DNA of 64,000 bases from an uncultured Nitrososphaerota archaeon (GCA_964416155.1 CAYQCW010000005.1:87364-151363), one strand, 5' to 3'; positions 9,909-19,514 are shown, counted from the first letter of the stretch. Notes: generated by a model not told the origin, from the sequence alone. Program-made: numbers and translations.

Positions 9909-10577
9909 CTATGCTGCTAAAGCTAGGGCTTTTACCCCCTCGAGAATAAAGTATACTCCTACCACTATTATTGCAAGATTGCAAACTATCAGGAGGATTC
10001 TGAATCCTTTTTCACCAATACTGTCTGCGCCGCCGGCCGCTGCTTTCGATATTAAGCCTAGGACCAGAAGATCCCCCATTTCATGGCTTAGATAGAAAAA
10101 GAGGACTCCTAAGCCCCCGACTGTAAGCGCCCTAGTAACGTAGGCGGCGCCTATCGTAACCCACCAGCTGGTCCAGTAGGGGTTTGAAAAAGACACTGCG
10201 GCGCCGAGCATGATGAGCGTTAAGAAACCGCGTGTCCCGATTGTCTTCCCCTCGTCAACGTTCTTCCGGCCAGGCTTAAGGACCGCTAGGAGTCCTGTTG
10301 CAACAAGGAAAATTCCGCCTATAAGGCTCAGGTAGGGGAAGATACTCTTGTCAACGCTAAGCAGCCCGTAAACCAGTATTACTGTGACGGGTGCTTCAGC
10401 CAAAGCATGTCCAAGGGAAAGGAGTAATCCTGGTTTACTGCTCCTGTTGCTTGAAGATTCTCTTACCGCTGTAACCATTAGAGGGCCTGGAGCTAAGGCT
10501 CCTGAGAGGGCAACAACGAAGGATGTCAACGTTATCTCCACTAGACTGTTCAACCATCCTGTTTTCCACACTCTCAT
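9909..10577 (-). CDS. LysE-family translocator
   Basis: SGALAPGP, GH, NPYW motifs; about 6 TM helices. Confidence 0.88.
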   Translation of the reverse strand: MRVWKTGWLNSLVEITLTSFVVALSGALAPGPLMVTAVRESSSNRSSKPGLLLSLGHALAEAPVTVILVYGLLSVDKSIFPYLSLIGGIFLVATGLLAVLKPGRKNVDEGKTIGTRGFLTLIMLGAAVSFSNPYWTSWWVTIGAAYVTRALTVGGLGVLFFYLSHEMGDLLVLGLISKAAAGGADSIGEKGFRILLIVCNLAIIVVGVYFILEGVKALALAA

Positions 10578-10619
10578 TAATATTCTTATTGTTTAACCGT
10601 CTCGACGCGGAAATAGTGT

Positions 10620-11447
10620 CTAAAATGTTTTAACACTCATTTCCTCATAGTCTATCGCGAACCTTTTCGGCAGCCGCCTCTTATGCCTTGTAAGCCTCAC
10701 TCTTTCAAGGATCCTTTCCACGGTTTCCAAAGGTATCCCGGAAACCCTGTTTATCGTTTCCTCGCTAAGCTTCTTGTCAAGCCTCAAGTAGAGCACTGTG
10801 TCCAGGGTCGTATAATCTACTCCCAGCTCCTCCTCAGCCGTCTGTCCCGGCCATAAGGCTGGGGAAGGCGGCTTGATCCGTATTCTCTCAGGGATTTTCA
10901 AATGCTCTGCGAGCTGCCGCACATGAGTCTTGTATAACCCTGCTATTGGAAGAACATCCGCCCCCCCGTCGCCGTGTTTCGTAAAGTATCCGGAGAGGTA
11001 TTCGCTCTTATCCCCTGATCCTATAACCAGCCCATTATTCACAGCAGCCTCGTGGTAAAGCATTGTCATCCTGCTTCTCGCCATTACGTTCCCCTTCTCA
11101 ACTCTGCTCATCTGCCCAAGCTTCCTCTCGAAGGCTTCAACAATCTCGTCTATGCTTATTATCCTCCAGTTCCCACTGGGTATTCCAAGCCCCTCTATGA
11201 CGCTCATAGCGTCCTCCATGTCCTCCCTGGGGGTGAAGTGTGAAGGCAGGAGGTAGAGCCTCGTCCTTTCTCTCCCCAGAGCCATCGTCGTCAAGTATGC
11301 TACCGTGCTGCTGTCAACCCCCCCGGATAATCCCACCACTCCTGTCCTCCTCCCGGATTCATCAAAATACTGTCTTAGCCTTACCGCTATGTAGCGTGCA
11401 ACCCTAGCGTAGTCTAGCTTCGGCAAAACCATGTTTCTATCACTCAT
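10620..11447 (-). CDS. nadE: NH3-dependent NAD+ synthetase
   Basis: GLSGGVDS, GNVMARSRM, GYFTKHGDG, KPPSPALW. Confidence 0.95.
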   Translation of the reverse strand: MSDRNMVLPKLDYARVARYIAVRLRQYFDESGRRTGVVGLSGGVDSSTVAYLTTMALGRERTRLYLLPSHFTPREDMEDAMSVIEGLGIPSGNWRIISIDEIVEAFERKLGQMSRVEKGNVMARSRMTMLYHEAAVNNGLVIGSGDKSEYLSGYFTKHGDGGADVLPIAGLYKTHVRQLAEHLKIPERIRIKPPSPALWPGQTAEEELGVDYTTLDTVLYLRLDKKLSEETINRVSGIPLETVERILERVRLTRHKRRLPKRFAIDYEEMSVKTF

Positions 11448-11491
11448 AGAAATTCCTTCAGATGCTAAAATATATGGGTATTGGTCAAGCC

Positions 11492-12037
11492 TTATCCCAC
11501 GTGCCCGGCTGCTTTAAAATGCTCAGCCAGCCAGTATAGCCCGATGATCGTCTTAGCATCCTCCACCAAGCCGTTTCTCAGCATTTTCAAAGCTTCCTCA
11601 ACGGGTTTCTCCACCACCTCTATGGCCTCGTCTTCCTCAAGCCTCTGTCCCGCTTTCTCCAAGTCTTTTGCGAGAAACAACGTTATTTTCTCAGTGGAGT
11701 ATCCTGGTGCAGGGTAGAAGCTCAAGACTTTTCTCACGACTCGCGCCCTGTACCCTGTTTCCTCGAGAAGCTCCCTGCGGGCACACTCCTCCTCATCCTC
11801 GCCGACCCTCCTCGTCCCAGCCGGTATTTCCAGGAGGCTCTTTCCGGCGGGAAGCCTATGCTGCTTAACCATGATGATTCCACCCTTGTCGTTAACAGGT
11901 ATTACTGCAACAGCACCAGGATGTTCAACAACTTCTCTCACAAGCCTTCGGCTCCCTAGTGAAACATGGTACCTGAGAAGCGATATTAAGCTTCCACTGT
12001 AAAGAGCCTCTGCCTTAACAATGTCTTCATCACCCAT
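11492..12037 (-). CDS. Nudix hydrolase (ADP-ribose pyrophosphatase-like)
   Basis: REVVEHPGAV, Nudix box PAG...GE....CARRELLEETG; likely start ATG 12037. Confidence 0.92.
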   Translation of the reverse strand: MGDEDIVKAEALYSGSLISLLRYHVSLGSRRLVREVVEHPGAVAVIPVNDKGGIIMVKQHRLPAGKSLLEIPAGTRRVGEDEEECARRELLEETGYRARVVRKVLSFYPAPGYSTEKITLFLAKDLEKAGQRLEEDEAIEVVEKPVEEALKMLRNGLVEDAKTIIGLYWLAEHFKAAGHVG

Positions 12038-12129
12038 ACTCCAACAGGGTGAAGCTGAGCTATTTAAAGCAACAAGCATGGAAACGTTCAGTAAACCTTA
12101 TATTTTAGGCAGTTTATGACCCCCCAAGT

Positions 12130-12702
12130 TTGGAGACTGTTGAAAAAATAAGCGTTAGCCATAAGGGTAGTCGGGACATTGGAGCGTTTCCTCCGTTTCT
12201 CCGCACGAAATGGGGCCTTTTCCCAATAACGATTTTCCTTTTTTCAACCGTCTTCCTAATCTCCTCCACAATCCGCTTGGAGAGAACTTTCGCAGAGGAA
12301 ATATACGCCTCGGTTTCGGGAAGCATGAGCTTCACAGGGCCACTGGATATTTTCGCGCACAATCTTGCCCTGAGCATAATGATGATGATCCCGGTGGTAG
12401 GGTTCGGTTTCAGCATAATCTCCTCGTCAACCACGGGACTCGCTGTTTCAGCAATCTCGACTATAAACAACTTGGACTCGCTCTCGGTTGCCGCCCGGCT
12501 TCTCTCCACACCAGCCGGTATGCTTGAGTTCCTAGCGTACGGTTTGGCTTCTGCCCAAGGGTTAGCCGGCCTATTCGCCATTATTGAGAAAAGGGTTAAC
12601 AGGGAGCTTAAAGAATACTTGACAACTCTTATAATAGTCAGCGGCCTACTGCTTGCAGCAGCCTTAGTCGAAACAATGAGCTTGACAGAATGGTTAGAAT
12701 AG
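12130..12702 (+). CDS. SpoIIM-like membrane protein
   Basis: IFAHNL, P.GMLEF, LLLAAALVE. Confidence 0.75.
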   Translation: METVEKISVSHKGSRDIGAFPPFLRTKWGLFPITIFLFSTVFLISSTIRLERTFAEEIYASVSGSMSFTGPLDIFAHNLALSIMMMIPVVGFGFSIISSSTTGLAVSAISTINNLDSLSVAARLLSTPAGMLEFLAYGLASAQGLAGLFAIIEKRVNRELKEYLTTLIIVSGLLLAAALVETMSLTEWLE

Positions 12703-13325
12703 TTTTCTTCGACATGGACGGCACGCTCGTGGAGGAGGAAAGCAGTTGGCGTATCATCCACAGGTTTTTAGGGACTGACCATCTTGCTAGGAGGGCGCTT
12801 GAAAAATTCTCCAGGAGGGAAATAAACTATGAGGAATTCGTTAAACACGACGTCAGCCTATGGCCTAAGGGGCTGCCCAGATCTTTTTTCGAGCGGGTTT
12901 TCTCCAGTGTTAGAGTTAAGCCGGAGGCCAAAATGGTCTTTAACCAGCTTAAGAAAAAGGGGGTTTTAAGAGTGATTATCTCAAGCGGTCTGGATGTGCT
13001 TGCCGAAAGAGTGTTTAGGACGCTTGCTGCAGACGGATATGTCTCCAACAGGATAGTTTTCGACTGCAAAGGCTTTTTCACAGGAGTTGTAGAAATCAAC
13101 GTGGATCCCTCTAGAAAGATGGATGTTTTAACGAGGATGTGTGAAAAATACTCGATTCCACTGGGCGAGGCTGCTGCAGTCGGGGACACTGCAAACGATA
13201 AAAGCATGTTTAAGGCGGTTAAAATATCTATTTTATGTGTTAAACCCGGCACCGTCGTGCCGGATGCTCATGGAGCCAAGTTTATTGTGAGCAGTCTTAA
13301 AGACATTGTCCAGTTAGTGTGCTGA
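12690..13325 (+). CDS. HAD-IB phosphatase (phosphoserine phosphatase-like)
   Basis: FDMDGTL, ISSG, GDTAND. Confidence 0.88.
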   Translation: MVRIVFFDMDGTLVEEESSWRIIHRFLGTDHLARRALEKFSRREINYEEFVKHDVSLWPKGLPRSFFERVFSSVRVKPEAKMVFNQLKKKGVLRVIISSGLDVLAERVFRTLAADGYVSNRIVFDCKGFFTGVVEINVDPSRKMDVLTRMCEKYSIPLGEAAAVGDTANDKSMFKAVKISILCVKPGTVVPDAHGAKFIVSSLKDIVQLVC

Positions 13326-13333
13326 GCATGCGG

Positions 13334-13344
13334 AGAAAAAAAGA
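13334..13344 (-). terminator. Oligo-T terminator of the small basic gene
   Basis: CTCTTTTTTTCT on the minus strand, about 20 nt after the stop. Confidence 0.55.
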
Positions 13345-13360
13345 GTGTGGGGTTTCGCCC

Positions 13361-13498
13361 TTATTTCTTAGCCTTCTTAGCCTTCTTAGCCTTCTTAGCC
13401 GGCTTCTTAGCCTTCTTAGCCGGAGGCTTCGCGGGTGCGGGTGTTGGTGCAGGCGCTGGTGCAGGTTTAGCTTCTCCACCAGTAGTAGCTCCACTCAT
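13361..13498 (-). CDS. 45-aa Pro/Ala/Lys-rich histone-H1-tail-like basic protein (missing from the ORF track)
   Basis: MSGATTGGEAKPAPAPAPTPAPAKPPAKKAKKPAKKAKKAKKAKK*; TATA-like TTTATATA about 25 nt upstream; T-tract downstream. Confidence 0.8.
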   Translation of the reverse strand: MSGATTGGEAKPAPAPAPTPAPAKPPAKKAKKPAKKAKKAKKAKK

Positions 13499-13520
13499 GG
13501 TTAATAGTTTCTGCTAAGTC

Positions 13521-13534
13521 ATATATAAATCTTT
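13521..13534 (-). promoter_or_regulatory. BRE/TATA promoter of the small basic gene (probably near-leaderless)
   Basis: Minus strand AAAGATTTATATAT, about 23-30 nt before ATG 13498. Confidence 0.65.
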
Positions 13535-13560
13535 AACGTTTAGCATGAGTCTCATTATGG

Positions 13561-14124
13561 TTAATGCTTAAGCTTCAGAGCCTCAATTATGAATGAAGCT
13601 ACTTCTTCATAAGGAACACTAGAAGTGTTTATCATAATGTCGTACAATAAGGGGTCTCTCCAATTCTTACGGTAAAGCCTTTCAACAAGGCTGCTCCTAT
13701 CCATGTCTGAAGCCTTAATATCCTCCTCTATCTGCTTCAAGTCCTCAGTCTTCCTTTTCTCCGCTATATGCTTCAGCCTACTGTCGAAATCACTATACAG
13801 GAAGACCTTCAAATCAACTTCGCGTGTCAATGCGAACAGAGCGCTCCTTCCCTCTATTATTGCTGGACCATTATTAACCACGTCTAGAACCATGCTCTGC
13901 AAAACCTTCTCTATCTCTATTTCTCCTGAAATGGATTTTGCTACAAGAGTCTGGAAACTTAGGTGCGGGGAGGAAACAATGCTTCTTATAAATCTCTCAG
14001 TGTTGTAAACCTCCATGTCGCCGAGCTTCCTAGAAACGAGCTCCCCCACCTCTGTGCAACCAGCCCCAAGCTCTCCAGCAATCAGAATAATCGGCTTACT
14101 CTTACTCATTCCTGTAATTTCCAC
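13561..14124 (-). CDS. Cytidylate kinase-like protein
   Basis: IAGELGAGC P-loop variant, IIEGR, D..R...Y, YDIMINTS. Confidence 0.8.
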   Translation of the reverse strand: MEITGMSKSKPIILIAGELGAGCTEVGELVSRKLGDMEVYNTERFIRSIVSSPHLSFQTLVAKSISGEIEIEKVLQSMVLDVVNNGPAIIEGRSALFALTREVDLKVFLYSDFDSRLKHIAEKRKTEDLKQIEEDIKASDMDRSSLVERLYRKNWRDPLLYDIMINTSSVPYEEVASFIIEALKLKH

Positions 14125-14127
14125 ATG

Positions 14128-14646
14128 TTACTGCTTTTTAAATGTTTTCATCCGCTTTGGCGACATGACGATTCTTCTGATGAGAAGAAGTGCTAACAGC
14201 AAGTAGACAGCTATAAAGTAAGGCGATGCAAGCAGGTGGTTAGTCGTATAGTTTAAATAAACTGTGGCGTCACGGTCGGCCCTAAACTCTATTGAGCGGC
14301 CAGTACCATTAACACTGTCCAACCGATACCAGAAACCGTAGTCGCCTGCTATCTCCAGCTCTCCACTTATCTGCAGGTAGCTACCCTTTGGGACTTTAAA
14401 AACCAAGGGTTCCGAAGAGCTTACTTTAAGCTCTTCTCCGAATGGGTTTGAAGAACCGTTTACGTAAATCTTGAAATCAGGCCTCCCAAGGGGGTCGAAG
14501 GGGGTGACTTTCAAAACCACTGTGATGCGTACTTCTCCATCGCTACTCATCGTCCCGATATGCGTCAGCAGGGTCATGATCATCAGCGCCCAGGCAGCGT
14601 TCAACACGTTTCTACGCTTCAAACCATAAATATAATTCTTCCTCAC
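14128..14646 (-). CDS. Membrane-anchored beta-rich hypothetical protein
   Basis: N-terminal hydrophobic segment and C-terminal TM with basic tail. Confidence 0.7.
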   Translation of the reverse strand: MRKNYIYGLKRRNVLNAAWALMIMTLLTHIGTMSSDGEVRITVVLKVTPFDPLGRPDFKIYVNGSSNPFGEELKVSSSEPLVFKVPKGSYLQISGELEIAGDYGFWYRLDSVNGTGRSIEFRADRDATVYLNYTTNHLLASPYFIAVYLLLALLLIRRIVMSPKRMKTFKKQ

Positions 14647-15300
14647 CCATGCTTCAGCATGTTGCCGGAAGAAGAGGGTGGAACACTGTGTCTCAGGCTT
14701 TTAAAGAGGCTTTTGGAAAAGGGGCCGCTGTTAAGCAGGATGGAGGCTTCGAGATACGCTGAGTGTTTAAAACTGCTTTCCGGGGGAGGTGGGGCCGTGG
14801 AGCTTAACAGAGGGTTTAAAGTGCTTCCGGAGGGGTTCCTAATGCTTATTAAACGCGTAGTTGAGTCGGGGATCAGCCTCGAGAGTGTTTTCAAATCGGT
14901 TAACTGGAGGGGGTTTGAAAGAATTATTGTGGAAGTGTTCAGGACTAAAGGATTTAGAGTCATGGAGCATTTCAGGTTCAGCCTTAAAAAGACTGTTAGG
15001 GAGATAGACGTCCTGGTTGAGACGCCGAGTATCCTTGTCTCAATAGACTGCAAGCAATGGGTCAGGAGGAACTATAGCATCCGTTCAGCCTGCAGGCTCC
15101 AGCTTGAAAGGTCTAGGCTTCTCTCCCAGTACTTGGTTGAAAAAAAGAATACTAGGAAGGCTGTTTACCCGGTGGTGGTTACTTTCCTGGGTTCCGAGGC
15201 AAGGGTCTTAGACGGCTGCCTAATACTGCCTGTTTGGAAGATAGGGAGCTTCTCTGAGAACCCTGAAATCGTTACTAGCGTGGTTAAACCTGTTTCCTAG
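14560..15300 (+). CDS. Mrr-like PD-(D/E)XK restriction-endonuclease-fold protein (true start probably near 14650)
   Basis: WRGFE..., REIDVLV, IDCKQW. Confidence 0.8.
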   Translation: MRQQGHDHQRPGSVQHVSTLQTINIILPHPCFSMLPEEEGGTLCLRLLKRLLEKGPLLSRMEASRYAECLKLLSGGGGAVELNRGFKVLPEGFLMLIKRVVESGISLESVFKSVNWRGFERIIVEVFRTKGFRVMEHFRFSLKKTVREIDVLVETPSILVSIDCKQWVRRNYSIRSACRLQLERSRLLSQYLVEKKNTRKAVYPVVVTFLGSEARVLDGCLILPVWKIGSFSENPEIVTSVVKPVS

Positions 15301-16004
15301 TCGAAAACCCACATCTCTCTAGACCTTATCAGGAAGACAAGCCTCGCTCTTAAAATAAGCTTCTTCTCATCCAGAACCCCGTCTACGAGCATGACGTCGC
15401 CGTACATGATTGGGATGTTCGCGTCAGCAAGCGTTTTGAACGTTTTTAAACCATTGTTTAAGTCGAAGATGGTGTGACATTCGCCTGTCCCTTCGACACG
15501 CGGAGCCATCATCCTGGTTCCGACTGACACTTCTACGGAGGCATGTCTCCTCCTGATTATCACCCCGTCAACCTTGCCTGCGAACCATTCGCCAGCCAAC
15601 CCAGGTATGCCTGCAAGCCTGTCTTCAATTCCGGGAGTTAAGTCCTGGCTGGGGACATCTATCTGGAGTATGTGTTGGGTTCCGGATATTGGCTTAAACA
15701 TCTCTGACGGGGCTAAGGTTTTCATAACCGGTTTGATGAAGGGCAGTGCTACCGAGTTTGCCAAAGCCCTACTAACCAGTATTGAATCCCCATCCAGTAG
15801 TTCAGCAGCTTCTGGAGGAAGAATCTTATGCGGCTTGGAGAGCCTTCTCAACACCTCTTTAAGAGTCTTAAGGTCTATCTGTTTCTCAGGCTCGCGTGTC
15901 AGAATGACCTCTATCAGCCTAGCTGCCTCATACTCCTTCTTAACAAACCCTATCAGCTCTCCTTCATGCATAACCGGAGCGCCTTCAACCATATTGAGAA
16001 ACAT
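15297..16004 (-). CDS. Hypothetical protein
   Basis: 235-aa ORF with host-like codon use, at the end of a minus-strand gene run. Confidence 0.7.
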   Translation of the reverse strand: MFLNMVEGAPVMHEGELIGFVKKEYEAARLIEVILTREPEKQIDLKTLKEVLRRLSKPHKILPPEAAELLDGDSILVSRALANSVALPFIKPVMKTLAPSEMFKPISGTQHILQIDVPSQDLTPGIEDRLAGIPGLAGEWFAGKVDGVIIRRRHASVEVSVGTRMMAPRVEGTGECHTIFDLNNGLKTFKTLADANIPIMYGDVMLVDGVLDEKKLILRARLVFLIRSREMWVFD

Positions 16005-16053
16005 GGTTGAAGGGTTATTAACAGTTTCTCCACGGGTTTAAAAGATCTTGAAC

Positions 16054-16800
16054 CTAAAGGAACAAGTCGTTTTTCCTATTTCTCAGAATGCTTTTAATAC
16101 CTTCATCTGAGAATTCATACTCGTATCCTTTTATTAAAGCTCCTATGAAGCCTTCTGAAGAACTGCCTGTCACAAGCTCGCTCGCAGCAGCAAGCTCGTC
16201 AACTATCGCCATCCGCTTAAACCTTAAAACATATCCGAATAGGTCTGTTTTACCCCTAAGATCCTTAATCGGAGCTATCCCTGAGCACCCTATCGCCATG
16301 TTGACCTGCCCCATCCTGAAGGGCCTTTCAAATGAATCTGTTATTATCACTCCAACATCCACATTCTCATCGAGAAACTGCCTCCTTATCTTCCCAGCAA
16401 CCCTATCCGGGTTCCTCGGCTGAAAAGCAATGCTTAAGCCGCCATCTACGTTCGACAAATCTATCCCGGAATTGGCACAAACAATGCTGCCCCTATTCCT
16501 AGTTATTATGCGCCCTCCTGAAAGCCTCACTATCTCCCTGCTCTCTCTAAGGATTATTTCCATCTCTTCCGGCGGCTTGCGAAGCCTGTCTGCAAGAGCC
16601 ATTGCCAAGGGAGTCGGTTTGACTTCGCTAAGCCTAACCGTGTAGCCCATCGCCTTTGAAACCGCGACATGAGTGAGCGTCACCACATCCCTGTTCTCAA
16701 CCTCCACGCCTCCCCTCCTGAGCGACTCTATTGTTATCTTAGCAAGGTTATCGCCTTTTTTAATGAAGTCGCCATACTTTATTCCGAATATCTTAATCAT
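16054..16800 (-). CDS. cofE: Coenzyme F420-0:L-glutamate ligase family
   Basis: VSKA.G, CANSGID.SN, VIITDS..RPFR.G, DLRG..D.FG, DELAAA. Confidence 0.88.
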   Translation of the reverse strand: MIKIFGIKYGDFIKKGDNLAKITIESLRRGGVEVENRDVVTLTHVAVSKAMGYTVRLSEVKPTPLAMALADRLRKPPEEMEIILRESREIVRLSGGRIITRNRGSIVCANSGIDLSNVDGGLSIAFQPRNPDRVAGKIRRQFLDENVDVGVIITDSFERPFRMGQVNMAIGCSGIAPIKDLRGKTDLFGYVLRFKRMAIVDELAAASELVTGSSSEGFIGALIKGYEYEFSDEGIKSILRNRKNDLFL

Positions 16801-16801
16801 C

Positions 16802-17422
16802 TTAACGCCCCCTCCTCGCCCCCTTAAGGAGCTTCTCTATTAAAGGTATGTCTGAGGCACGGGTTACCCTTATGTTCGTGAAAAGCATGGGGTCGATGTC
16901 TTTCAGACCGGAGTGAGCTATGTACATAACTCTCCTAAGCCCGTCCACAAGTTCTTCGAAGCCTGTAGGCCTCCTCGTTTCAACAACATTCATGAAGCTC
17001 CGCCTGTTGTAGGCTGATAGAAGCCAGTCTACTCCTCCCTTCACATCCCTAACCAGCACAGCATCCCTCTTCTCGCAAAGCTCCGCTAACAGGGCAAGTA
17101 TGTCCACAGGTATGAGGGGAGCGTTAGCCGGGGCAGTGACAACCACTTCGCCTGAAACCTTCTCCAAACATTCTTTAACAGTGCTAAACGCGTCTTCAGT
17201 ATAGTTTAAACCCAGGATGTTGCATTCTTCAAAGCCGTATTGGGAAACGGCCTCGGCAAAAACGTTCTGAGAATCCCTAGATACCGCCAAAGCTACTTCC
17301 TCAGCTATTTCCCCAATGTTCCTGACAACATGAAGGAAAATGGGAAACCCTTCAAGCTGGCTCAGCTCCACGAAACCCTCCTCCCCGTGTCCAAGCGCAA
17401 TAACTAGGCCAGTGATCCTCAA
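16802..17422 (-). CDS. MobA-like NTP-transferase-fold protein (degenerate motif)
   Basis: N-terminal GLVIALG, APANAPLI, C-terminal FTNI..; overlaps neighbouring operon genes. Confidence 0.6.
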   Translation of the reverse strand: MRITGLVIALGHGEEGFVELSQLEGFPIFLHVVRNIGEIAEEVALAVSRDSQNVFAEAVSQYGFEECNILGLNYTEDAFSTVKECLEKVSGEVVVTAPANAPLIPVDILALLAELCEKRDAVLVRDVKGGVDWLLSAYNRRSFMNVVETRRPTGFEELVDGLRRVMYIAHSGLKDIDPMLFTNIRVTRASDIPLIEKLLKGARRGR

Positions 17423-17424
17423 GA

Positions 17425-18264
17425 CTATTCCCCTACCTTGGAAAGCATGTGGCGGATTATCTCTCGGGCAACGTTAACACCGGTTGCTTCCTCCACACCC
17501 ATGAAATCCGGTTGAGGGTTAACGTCTAGTATAAAAGCTTCGCCATTCTTGAAAGATATGTCGACACCCGTGAAAACACAGCTTAAAGCGTCGGAAGCCT
17601 TGACTGCGAGTTCCGCTACTTCCCCCTCCACTTTGAAGGCTTCTCCAGATCCTCCTTGAGATATGTTTGTAACAGGCTTGTTTGCAAACCTTTTCATCGC
17701 TGCGAGCACACGCCCAGCTAATACGAGCACTCTTATGTCCCAATTAAGATCCCTGGCTGGGGCTTGAATCACCCAAGCCCCGTGTGGTTCAAGACTGGGG
17801 ATGGTGTTCAGGCTTTCAACAAGCTTGACTCTTCTACCCCTTGAGCCGTATATTGGCTTCAAGAAGAAGGGTGGCTGCGTCTCTCTAACGCTTCGCTGCG
17901 AAGGTGTGAGGAGAGAATCCGGTATTGGAAGTTTTCTCAGGCAAAGGTTCCTGTAGGTGATCATCTTGTCTAGAGTGTTCATGAACCCTTTAAACGGGTT
18001 AATCACGTAGAATCCTTCTTCCTCGAGAATCCTGGTTAATGAGAGTGCGTACAGCAGGATGGGGCTTAACAGAGTTTTTGGCCTTGAGAAAATCTTTCTA
18101 ACACTCTTATCGAAGACCTTCAGCCCGATGGTACTCTCCTTCAAAAGAAGCGCGGTTTCGCTGAACGAGACCAGTTGGCAATCGACACCCAGCTTACCCG
18201 CCTCCTCCATCAGGCGTACGGATGAGTGTGAGCATGGCTTATGCGTTAAAATGGCTATTGTCAA
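17425..18264 (-). CDS. RimK/LysX-family ATP-grasp ligase
   Basis: DKM, KP..GSRG, DIRVLV, TNISQGG, GVD, DVNPQP. Confidence 0.9.
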   Translation of the reverse strand: MTIAILTHKPCSHSSVRLMEEAGKLGVDCQLVSFSETALLLKESTIGLKVFDKSVRKIFSRPKTLLSPILLYALSLTRILEEEGFYVINPFKGFMNTLDKMITYRNLCLRKLPIPDSLLTPSQRSVRETQPPFFLKPIYGSRGRRVKLVESLNTIPSLEPHGAWVIQAPARDLNWDIRVLVLAGRVLAAMKRFANKPVTNISQGGSGEAFKVEGEVAELAVKASDALSCVFTGVDISFKNGEAFILDVNPQPDFMGVEEATGVNVAREIIRHMLSKVGE

Positions 18265-18291
18265 CCTGCTGCCAATGTTCCACGCTCGGAT

Positions 18292-18906
18292 TTAAGCTTG
18301 ACTCATGATCAGCTCCAGAAGTATTGACCCTAGGGCTCCCAGGGCTGAGCGGTCATCATCCCCGCCCACAATAAGTATGAAATCATTGTCTTTAAGGCTC
18401 AGTTTGCTTAGTTCCTCATGGTCTTTAACCGAGAAGCTTCTAAGGTCCTCCGCAACATAGGGTATTTTAAAACCCCCTTCCTTCAGTGTTAGAAGCACTG
18501 CTCCGCTTCCACCAAGTCTAACAGCCATATCTCTCGTCTTTAAAGCGTCAAGAGGCTCAACGCCTCTTAAGATGGCCGTATAATTCACCCTTCCAACCGA
18601 TAAGTAGTCTAGACCGGTTTTCCTCAGCTCTGGAACGTGAAGTCTTACGCGTTTAAGAATCCCGATCCCCCTGTCGGTTAACCTGCTGCCACTGGCCGAG
18701 GTGGAGATTAAACCGTATTTCTTCATGCATTTAACCATGCTTTTAACAGAGCCCTCGCCTAGGCCAAGCAGCCTTTGAAGCTTAGCCCGCGAAACAGTTC
18801 CTTCACCTATTCGGAGAATGGTCAGCAGGACATGGCCGGGAGTGTAGTCCTTTGGATGCTTCATGCACTCTTGGACAAGCCTTTTCAAAGACTCCGACAT
18901 GAACAA
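18292..18906 (-). CDS. HTH transcriptional regulator (DUF4443-like)
   Basis: SRAKL..LLGLGEGSVKS wHTH; RD.AVR.GG.GA. Confidence 0.8.
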   Translation of the reverse strand: MFMSESLKRLVQECMKHPKDYTPGHVLLTILRIGEGTVSRAKLQRLLGLGEGSVKSMVKCMKKYGLISTSASGSRLTDRGIGILKRVRLHVPELRKTGLDYLSVGRVNYTAILRGVEPLDALKTRDMAVRLGGSGAVLLTLKEGGFKIPYVAEDLRSFSVKDHEELSKLSLKDNDFILIVGGDDDRSALGALGSILLELIMSQA

Positions 18907-18940
18907 CTAGCTATAGACTTGCAGAGCCTCTAGAAAAATG

Positions 18941-19435
18941 TTAAGGCTTACCCGGGGGCCAACTGCTGGTGTCCGCTAGGTACCATGCTAAGACATCGTC
19001 ACGCTTGAGAACATACGTGTCTGCGCCTGTTTCTCCAAGAACCCAGTCCCGGGTTTCAGGATCCCACCTGTACCAGAACCAATAATAGTTCCCATGCTGG
19101 TTCACGCCGCTTATCCCTGTGACGAACACGCCGAAAGGATACGCTTGGTAATCCACGTTTCCCCCTAGAGCGTAAAGGGTCAGGTTGAACAGTGTCCAGC
19201 CGACGGGCACAAGAGTATTGTTAAACCACCTCTCGGTGCCGTTGTCATACTTCACGAGGAGGCTTACCTTCAGAGTAATCGGCTCAACACTTTTCGCCAG
19301 GTTTTCAATTTCCTGTGTAAGCGCGTCCAACTGTCTTAGAAGACCAAGTACGTAAAGCGTCTCTGCGACAAGCAGCGATGCGAGGATCAGAACCACGACT
19401 ATAAGGGGCTTCTTGCGATACGGGGGTTTAGACAT
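18941..19435 (-). CDS. DUF4430 (transcobalamin C-terminal-like) membrane-anchored protein
   Basis: FVTGISGV, YWFWY, GADTYVL..DDVLAWY. Confidence 0.85.
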   Translation of the reverse strand: MSKPPYRKKPLIVVVLILASLLVAETLYVLGLLRQLDALTQEIENLAKSVEPITLKVSLLVKYDNGTERWFNNTLVPVGWTLFNLTLYALGGNVDYQAYPFGVFVTGISGVNQHGNYYWFWYRWDPETRDWVLGETGADTYVLKRDDVLAWYLADTSSWPPGKP

Positions 19436-19451
19436 TGCCAGTCACCTTTGG

Positions 19452-19468
19452 TTGGACAATTTATCCAA
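19452..19468. promoter_or_regulatory. Palindromic operator, copy 1
   Basis: TTGGACAATTTATCCAA just downstream of the minus-strand TATA TTTAAATA (19473-19480). Confidence 0.75.
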
Positions 19469-19514
19469 GCAGTATTTAAATCTTTACTTGGCGCGCGATA
19501 TGCACGCGGTTAGT

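Noticed and set aside
13362-13420. 9-bp tandem repeat as a CRISPR or VNTR
   Set aside because: No spacers; explained by Ala-Lys-Lys codons
13297-13504. ORF-track calls 13297-13494 (-) and 13319-13504 (+) with RRL/LLS repeats
   Set aside because: Alternative frames of the GCTAAGAAG repeat; the PAKK frame has the ATG, promoter spacing and terminator
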